Below are positions 57,031 to 64,000 of a DNA stretch of 64,000 nt, in pieces. The DNA is from an uncultured bacterium (lineage in GTDB: Bacteria > Patescibacteriota > Minisyncoccia > UBA6257 > 2-01-FULL-56-20), in the NCBI GenBank assembly GCA_963718515.1, contig OY970354.1, forward strand, positions 758,808 to 822,807, written 5' to 3'. The translations under genes and the position numbers were made by a program. The first letter of the stretch is position 1, and each line of letters opens with the position of its first letter. A model generated the notes under the pieces. The model was not told the origin of the DNA, did not search any database, and saw nothing but the letters and a program-made list of their open reading frames with translations.

Positions 57031-60000
57031 CGCCTTCGTTCTCATAGAGCAGCTGGATGTTGAATCCGAGCGACTTCAATTCGTTCACGAGCACGTTGAA
57101 TGATGCCGGAACGTTCGGCTCTTTGATCGTCTCGCCGCGGATGATCGATTCGTATGCCGCGGCGCGGCCAACGACGTCGTCGGATTTGATCGTGAGCATT
57201 TCCTGGAGCGTGTGGCGTGCGCCATAGCCTTCCAGTGCCCAGACTTCCATTTCTCCGAAGCGCTGTCCGCCGAACTGCGCCTTGCCGCCGAGCGGCTGCT
57301 GGGTGATCAAAGAGTACGGACCGATCGAGCGCATGTGCGCCTTGTCTTCCACCAAGTGGTTGAGCTTCAACATGTAGATCTGCCCAACCGTCGCGCGGTT
57401 CTGGAACGCCTCGCCCGTGCGGCCGTCGAACAGCTTCATCTTTCCGTCTTCCGGCAAGACCGGCCTTCTTCAAGCTCGCCGCGAATCTCGGCTTCCGTCG
57501 CGGAATCCAATCCCGGCGTGATGGCGCGATAGCCAAGCTTCTGACGCGGCACAGCCAAGATGCGTTTCCAAAATCTGTCCGAGGTTCATACGGGAAACGA
57601 CGCCCAACGGATTCAAAATGATATCCACCGGCGTTCCATCTTCCAAGTACGGCATGTCTTCTACGGCGCGCACCTGTGAGATAACACCTTTGTTTCCGTG
57701 GCGGCCTGCGAGCTTGTCGCCCGCCTGCACTTTGCGCAGCTCCGCGATCTCAACCTGAATGCGGCGGATGATTCCCGGCTCCAGCTTGTCGCCACGTTCG
57801 CGGTCGAAGATCTTTACGTTCACCACGCGGCCGATCTTTCCGTGCGGAAGCGTGAGCGAAGTATCTTTCACGTCGCGTGCTTTGTCGCCGAAGATGGCGC
57901 GGAGCAAGCGCTCTTCTGAGGTGAGTTCCGATTCGCCTTTCGGAGAGATCTTTCCGACCAAAATATCGCCGGCTTTTACTTCGGCGCCGATGCGGACGAT
58001 TCCCTCTTCATCGAGGTTCTTTAATTTATCTTCCGAAACATTCGGAATGTCGTAGGTGGTAACTTCCGGACCAAGCTTGGTGTCGCGCACATCGCAGGAA
58101 TATTCATCGATATGGATGGAGGTGAAGCGATCCTGCTGAACGACGCGCTCCGAAAGGATGATGGCGTCTTCAAAGTTTGCGCCTTCCCATGAAACGAATG
58201 AGACGAGCAAGTTCTGGCCAAGCGCCAAAATGCCGTTCTCGATGGAAGGACCATCCACGAGGATCTGTCCTTTCTTGACCATCTGGCCGCGCGTAACGAG
58301 CGGCTTCTGGGAGATACAGGTGAACTGGTTCGAGCGCTTGAACTTTTCAAGCGTATAATTCTTGATCGCCTTCGGATATTTAACTTTAAGGTGTGCGCCG
58401 TCCACTTCGATGATCTCGCCGTTATCTTCGGCGACGATCACATAGCCCGAATCGAGCGCCACTTTTTCTTCCTGGCCCGTCGAAACATACGGTGCATCGG
58501 GCGTACGGAAACCACCGCCTGGCGTTGCATGTTCGAACCCATGAATGCGCGGTTCGCATCGTCGTGCTGGAGGAACGGAATAAGCGACGTCGCGACGGAA
58601 ATGAACTCGTGCGGTGCGACGTCGATAAGGTCAACTTCTTCCGGCGTGACCGTTCCCGGCTCGCCTTTGATGCGCGCTTCAAGCGTGGGGCCGATGAGCT
58701 TGCCATTCTCATCCTTCGGACTGCCGGCGTGCGTGATCTTATATTTCTCTTCTTCCGAAGCGTCGAACCAAACGAATTTCTTTCGTAACGACGCCGTTCG
58801 TCACTTTTGCGTACGGCGCCTCTAAGAAACCGAAATCATTGATGCGGGTATAGCTTGCGAGATAGTTGATAAGACCGATGTTCGAACCTTCCGGGGTTTG
58901 AATCGGACAGATGCGGCCGTAGTGCGAACGATGCACGTCGCGCACTTCAAAGCTCGCGCGCTCGCGCGTGAGACCGCCGGGACCGAGCGCGGAAATGCGG
59001 CGCTTGTGCTCCAGCTCCGCCAGCGGATTCACCTGATCCATGAACTGCGAAAGCTGGGATGATGCGAAAAATTCTTTGATGACCGCCGCGATCGGGCGGA
59101 AGTTCACGAGCTGTGCCGGCATCAAGTTGTCTTTGTCTTCCGTGGACATCCTGTCCTGGATGATACGGCGCAAGCGCGCGAGACCGATGCGCAAACGGCC
59201 CTGCAACAATTCGCCCACCGCTTTCAAGCGGCGGTTGCCCAAGTGGTCGATATCATCCGGCTCTGCTTCCGGATCGTTGTTGAGCTTGATGATCTCTTTG
59301 ACGATCGCGATCAAGATCCTCCGCATCAAGCAGCTTGTGTCGTCTTCTTTTGATCAAGCTCGAGGCGCTGGTTCATCTTGTAGCGGCCCACTTCGGAAAG
59401 GTCATAGCGGTCGGGGCGCTCGAACATTGCGGCGATAAGATTCTTTGCGGTATCGGCGCTGGCCGGATCGCCCGGGCGCAGGCGCTTGTAGATCTCAACA
59501 TATGATTCTGCCGCATCCTTCGCAACATCTTTTTTTAATGTCGCTTCTATATATTTGATAAGGCCGTTGTCGTCCTTCTCGAACGTCTTCTTGATCGTCT
59601 CCGTATCCATGCCGAAAATGCGGAGCAGGTCGGTGACCGGCACTTTGCGGTGACGGTCGATCTTGACGCTGATCATCGCCGTCGATGTCGGTCTCAAATT
59701 CAAGCCATGCGCCGCGGTTCGGAATGATCTTTGCGCCAAAAAGCTGGCGGCCGCGGTACGGCACGGACGTAAAGTACACGCCGGCCGAGCGGACGAGCTG
59801 TGACAACAACGACGCGCTCCACGCCGTTCACGATGAACGTGCCGCGGGTGGTCATGATCGGGAAATCGCCAAAATACACTTCCTGCTTGTGTTCGTTGCC
59901 GGTACGGTTATTTACCAAGCGCAGGGTACAGCGCAACGGCGCTTCATAGGTGGCTTCTTTATAGCGAGCGGTCGTCTCGTCATATTTCGGTTCGTCAAAG

Positions 60001-60191
60001 CGATAATCAGAAAAATAAAGTTCGAATTCTTTTCCGGTATGGTCGCGGATCGGCGAGATCTCTTCAAGAAGTTCGTTCAAACCTTTTTCGAGGAACCACT
60101 GATACGACTTCAATTGCGCCTCGTTGAGGTTGTAGGGAGAGATGAGCGGTTTTGATTTTGAAAAGTCTTTGGTTGAAGTAAATTTTGCCAT
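57031..60191 (-). pseudogene. rpoB: RNA polymerase beta portion of a fused rpoB-rpoC gene, with about 8 apparent frameshifts
   Basis: The fragments 59700..60191, 59495..59809, 59326..59739, 58739..59329, an unlisted frame at about 58465-58790, 57470..58462 and 56540..57457 carry colinear RpoB motifs. These are [98 protein letters not shown] and [24 protein letters not shown]. The boundary with rpoC is approximate. Confidence 0.85.
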
Positions 60192-60437
60192 GGTGTTTTA
60201 AAAAATTTTTGTTATCGGCTCCGATGAGCAAAACGCGCGCGCGAGGATTACCTTCGCGGCGGCTCTATAAAGAAGTCGATGAAATAAAATGTGGTGGTCA
60301 TTTTTTTTGTTCGGCCTTTAAAAATCCAACCCGCCCCGCTTGACTCGCCCTCTCTTTCCCCAACACGCAAAAAACGGCTCCGCCCTTCCTTTATTTCGAG
60401 GGATACCGTTGCTTAGTTGCTTTCTAAGTATTTAACT

Positions 60438-61442
60438 CTATTTTGGGTTCTGTTCGTCAAGGGTCTTGGCGAATATTGTTTTTCCCGTCGCGGGGTCGCT
60501 TAAATAATAAAGATAGGGGGAACTTTGGGGATGGAGCGCGGCGGTGATGGCTGATATGCCCGGATTTCCGATAGGGCCTGGGGGCAAACCCTTGTACAAG
60601 TAGGTATTATAGGGCGAATCGATTTTAAAGTCAAGCGCCGAGAGCGAACAAGCTCTGCGCCGGTAGACGTAGCCGCTTCTAAAAGTTTGGCATAACAGAC
60701 GGTGGAATCGATATCGAGCGGAATTCCCTCCGCCAGGCGCTTAAGGATGATCCCTGCCACAATTTCCTGGTCAGCCTCGTCCGGCACCTCTTTCTCCAAG
60801 ATCGAGGCGATGATGAGATTCTGTTCGGCATGCGCCGGGTCGGCCGCAAGCAGAGGCGTCGCCTTAGGATTGAAGTCATTTGTCATTTCTTGAACCACAT
60901 CTAGACACATCGGCGTTCGTATGGAACTGATAGGTGTCGGGAAATAGATGTCCCTCTAGGGTGCTTGTAGTGCTGGCGCCCGTGGCGGTAGCCGTCTTCG
61001 CAAATGCAATGAGCGCGCCGGGCTGGATCACAAGCGCGTTGCTCAAGATCCGGTCAATATCATAAATGTTCGATCCCTCCGGGATCGTAACCGTCGTTTC
61101 CCCCGCATCGCCGTCGGATATCGCCGCGATGATCTGGGGCGTGCCCATGGATGGATCCAACCGATACAGCCCCGGCTTCAGCTCGAACGCCCGGCCGTCA
61201 AGTAAAGAAAACAGTTCGAAGGAGAGTGATGAACGGATCAGGTGGTCGGAAAAGAGCGCCTGCGCGATCGCCCGGGATCCCTCGCCCTGATTTATTTGAA
61301 AAACCACGGAGGGCGCGGCGCTGTCATTCTTGACTGCGCTAACGGGATCAAGGCTGAAAAAAAATGTGCCGAAGATGACGATGATAACCATGACAAACGC
61401 CCCGCCGACTATATTTTTTTTCGTGATGACCGTATCCATCAT
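60438..61442 (-). pseudogene. mltG: Endolytic murein transglycosylase MltG/YceG-like, with about 3 apparent frameshifts
   Basis: ORF 60876..61442 has an N-terminal TM helix and ...TIPEGSNIYDIDRIL...LEGHLFPDTYQF. ORF 60500..60910 reads IIASILEKE. A manual frame-join gives DSPYNTYL/YKGLPPGPIGNPGISAITAALHPQSSPYLYYLSDPATGKTIFAKTLDEQNPK*, with the stop at 60438-60440. Confidence 0.75.
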
Positions 61443-61444
61443 GC

Positions 61445-62497
61445 CTATGCCACCGATGACTTCCGGATGGAATTTACGACCGACAGGATGAAAAAATTCG
61501 CGATCATGCTCGATCCTCCATAACTTAAGAAGGGAAAAGTTACGCCGACGACCGGCGTCAGCCCCGTTGCGGAACCGGTGTTCAAAAGGAATTGCACGCC
61601 GAACATCATCGCGGCGCCGAGGCAGATAAATTTCTCGAAATTCTCATCGGCAAGCGCGCCAATGCGGAGTATTCGGAAAATAAGGAAGAGAAATGCCGCG
61701 ACGATCACAAGGCCGCCGACGATCCCCCACTCCTCAATGAACGCCGCGAAGATAAAGTCTTCCGACGGCTCAGAAAGGAATCCCAGCTGGGTCTCCGTCC
61801 CCTGGCCATATCCTTTTCCCCACAAGCCCGCGGAGCCGATCGCGATCTTTGACTGCGTTACGCTGTAGTTGATGCCAAGCGCGTTCTGGTTGGGATATAA
61901 AAATCCGAGGATGCGTGCGCGGTGGTAATCCTTGAGGACGTATGTCCAGATAAGGCCGGCGGTAAGCGCGATGACCGCGATCGCGACGACCGTGCGGCGC
62001 CACGGCAATCCGAGGAGTAAAAGAAAGCCAAACCAGATACCAAAAAAGATGAGCGCCGAGCCGAGGTCGGGAAGCTTTACCGATATCGCCGCGGGCACGA
62101 TAAAAAATATGAACGAGGTAAAGATATTTTTCCATCGCGCGATCGCAAGGTGCCGCCGGCTGAAATAATTCGCGTAGAGCAAAATGAGCGCGACCTTCAT
62201 GAGCTCCACCGGCTGAAGGCTGAACGGCCCGAGCACCAGCCAATTGTGCGTATTGCGGATGACGGGCGCCGCAAGGAGCGCGATCACCATCAGTGCGAGC
62301 GCCGCCGCGTACAATCCCCACACTAGCCACCGCGCATTGAAGATCGCGCGAACATCCACGAAGAGCGACGCAACCACGAGTCCGGCGCCGAGCACTACCC
62401 AGATGATCTGGAAGGCAAAAAAGTGGAGTGAGATCGCCGAAAGGATAAGGAGGCTTGCAGCGATCAAAATTCCGACGGGGATGAATAGTGCAAACAT
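61445..62497 (-). CDS. SEDS-family peptidoglycan glycosyltransferase (FtsW/RodA)
   Basis: The 350-aa polytopic ORF is intact. Its motifs are LQPVELMKVALILLYANYF, PDLGSALIFF, FLSEPSEDFIFAAFIEEWG and TFPFLSYGGSSM. Confidence 0.9.
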   Translation of the reverse strand: MFALFIPVGILIAASLLILSAISLHFFAFQIIWVVLGAGLVVASLFVDVRAIFNARWLVWGLYAAALALMVIALLAAPVIRNTHNWLVLGPFSLQPVELMKVALILLYANYFSRRHLAIARWKNIFTSFIFFIVPAAISVKLPDLGSALIFFGIWFGFLLLLGLPWRRTVVAIAVIALTAGLIWTYVLKDYHRARILGFLYPNQNALGINYSVTQSKIAIGSAGLWGKGYGQGTETQLGFLSEPSEDFIFAAFIEEWGIVGGLVIVAAFLFLIFRILRIGALADENFEKFICLGAAMMFGVQFLLNTGSATGLTPVVGVTFPFLSYGGSSMIANFFILSVVNSIRKSSVA

Positions 62498-62498
62498 G

Positions 62499-63236
62499 CT
62501 AACGGATCGCGTACACGATGGGTTGATTCACCGCCGGATTTATATTTGGTTCCATCGGATAAATGACGGAGAAATTCGCGGTCTCACCCGCAGTCACATT
62601 ATCTAGCTCCGTTTGCGAAGCGCCGATGATATCCCCGTTCACGTCCTTGAAAAGCACGACAACGAATACCTGACTGTAGGAAGCGATGCTTGTATTTGTA
62701 AGTTCTCCGCCGACAGAAACTGTCGTGGACGCCGCGCTTGCGTCTAGATTCTCAAGCGCGAACTGGCCGCCCGCCACCGTGGGATCCGAGCCCATCGTTC
62801 CGCTCGCGATCCACACCGCGCTCACAATATTCAGGGCCGAATGATCGAATGGCACGGAAACAGACTGGTTCGGAATGATCACATATTTGTTCTGGTTAGG
62901 ATATATGAACGATTGTCCCGGGATCGACTGGAGGATGGTGTTTGAAGCATCATAAAAATCCACTTCATAATTGACCAGTTGCGCACCGTAACCTGGATCG
63001 CTGTTCACGATCTGCCCCACGAATGTATCGTGCTGGGGGCTCGTGACCAACGTGGCAACGAGCGACGCGCTGAGCGGCGCAGTGCTCGTGGGTGCGCAGG
63101 TGCTCGGCGTGCATGCCGCGACCGGCGCGCTCATGAATGGGTGGATGAACACGAGATAGATGCCCCCGATGATGACTATCCAGAACAGCGCGTAGAGTGT
63201 GCCGTAGATCAACTGCTTGGCGGTGCGGGTAGACAT
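62499..63236 (-). CDS. Hypothetical N-terminally anchored extracytoplasmic protein (245 aa)
   Basis: It has one TM helix (LIYGTLYALFWIVIIGGIYLVFI). The ectodomain is beta-rich. The stop abuts the ftsW/rodA start. Confidence 0.55.
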   Translation of the reverse strand: MSTRTAKQLIYGTLYALFWIVIIGGIYLVFIHPFMSAPVAACTPSTCAPTSTAPLSASLVATLVTSPQHDTFVGQIVNSDPGYGAQLVNYEVDFYDASNTILQSIPGQSFIYPNQNKYVIIPNQSVSVPFDHSALNIVSAVWIASGTMGSDPTVAGGQFALENLDASAASTTVSVGGELTNTSIASYSQVFVVVLFKDVNGDIIGASQTELDNVTAGETANFSVIYPMEPNINPAVNQPIVYAIR

Positions 63237-63271
63237 GCACTCATTATAGATGATAATGAATATGCGTCTAT

Positions 63272-63820
63272 ATGATTATTCTTTCCATCGTCATTGAGGT
63301 GGTCGCGCTTATTCTCATCCTGCTTGCCCTGGCGTTTGCTGTGGTCCTTTCCGTTTCGGCATATCGTGCCCGCGAGAGCGCGGCGCCGTTCTTCCCCACG
63401 CCCGCGAGCGCCATCCGCCGCGCGCTCCGTGAAGCGTCGCTTGCCCCGGGCGAAACATTCTATGACCTCGGCGCCGGCAACGGCAAGGCGCTCCTCATCG
63501 CCGAAAAAGAATTCGGCGCCCGGGCGGCCGGATTCGAAATATCGATATTATTTTATTGGATCGCAAAAATAAATTTACTATTACACCGCTCTCGCGCGAC
63601 CATTCTCGCGCAAAACTTTTTTTCCGCCGATCTCCGCGGCGGCGACGTCGTCTTCTGCTTCCTCGCGATCCGCACCATGCAAAAGATGGAAGATAAAATA
63701 AAAGCCCAATTCAAGCCCGGCGTGCGTGTGATCGTCTACGCATTCCCCCTGCCAACCATGAAGCCAACAAAAATAATCACCGTCCACGGCGAGTGGAAGA
63801 TGTTTCTCTATAAAATATAA
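63272..63820 (+). CDS. Membrane-anchored class I SAM-dependent methyltransferase
   Basis: It has an N-terminal TM helix. Motif I is FYDLGAGNGKALLIAEKEFGARAAGFEIS. Confidence 0.7.
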   Translation: MIILSIVIEVVALILILLALAFAVVLSVSAYRARESAAPFFPTPASAIRRALREASLAPGETFYDLGAGNGKALLIAEKEFGARAAGFEISILFYWIAKINLLLHRSRATILAQNFFSADLRGGDVVFCFLAIRTMQKMEDKIKAQFKPGVRVIVYAFPLPTMKPTKIITVHGEWKMFLYKI

Positions 63821-63829
63821 ACGGCACTT

Positions 63830-63951
63830 TGATGTCGGCACATCCTACTTTCCCCACCGCAAGCGGTAAGTATCATGGGATTGGGACGCTTTCACTTCTC
63901 TGTTCGGAATGGGAAGAGGTGGGACACGCCCGAATGAAGCACCGACATCAA
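63830..63951 (-). rRNA. rrf: 5S ribosomal RNA
   Basis: The reverse complement reads TTGATGTCGGTGCTTCATTCGGGCGTGTCCCACCTCTTCCCATTCCGAACAGAGAAGTGAAAGCGTCCCAATCCCATGATACTTACCGCTTGCGGTGGGGAAAGTAGGATGTGCCGACATCAA. It contains the universal CCCAC...CCGAAC...GAAGTGAAA core and helix I pairing GATGTCGG/CCGACATC. The ends are accurate to about 3 nt. Confidence 0.85.
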
Positions 63952-64000
63952 AAAGCCCTTTGGGACGTTACTCATATTTTTATATTTCTCAGGGACGGCG

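Noticed and set aside
63581-63841. An 86-aa minus-strand ORF.
   Set aside because: It is antisense to the SAM-methyltransferase gene, and its 5' end runs into the 3' end of the 5S rRNA gene.

Overview
This window looks like a streamlined, GC-rich, mostly minus-strand chromosome segment, probably from a CPR/Patescibacteria-like bacterium; that assignment is inferred from gene content only. The core genes are the 3' end of the ribosomal-protein/rpoA cluster (rplM, rplQ, rpoA, rpsD, rpsK, rpsM, rpmJ, infA), alaS, rpoD, dnaG, lepA, serS, thrS, miaA, gatB, tmk, rplK, ssb, rpsF, an in-frame rpoB-rpoC fusion, mltG, ftsW/rodA, tRNA-Gly(CCC) and a 5S rRNA. Envelope loci include a 1362-aa DUF11-repeat surface protein, a DUF4012-like protein, a GT39-like glycosyltransferase, and a plus-strand operon of secreted OmpA-like proteins. 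The main accessory feature is an AT-rich element of about 10.5 kb (about 41.3-51.7 kb) between tmk and rplK. It carries a tyrosine integrase, a type II R-M module bracketed by 28-bp direct repeats, and an orphan m5C methyltransferase gene with a second long motif-bearing frame. It also carries a filamentous-phage-like array of tiny hydrophobic and signal-peptide/C-terminal-anchor proteins. I saw no capsid, terminase or ATPase gene in it. Four discrete blocks (rplQ-rpoA, rpoD-dnaG, lepA, rpoC-rpoB-mltG) carry many single-nucleotide frameshifts, while long neighbouring genes are intact. This most likely reflects local assembly or polishing error. No CRISPR array was seen.
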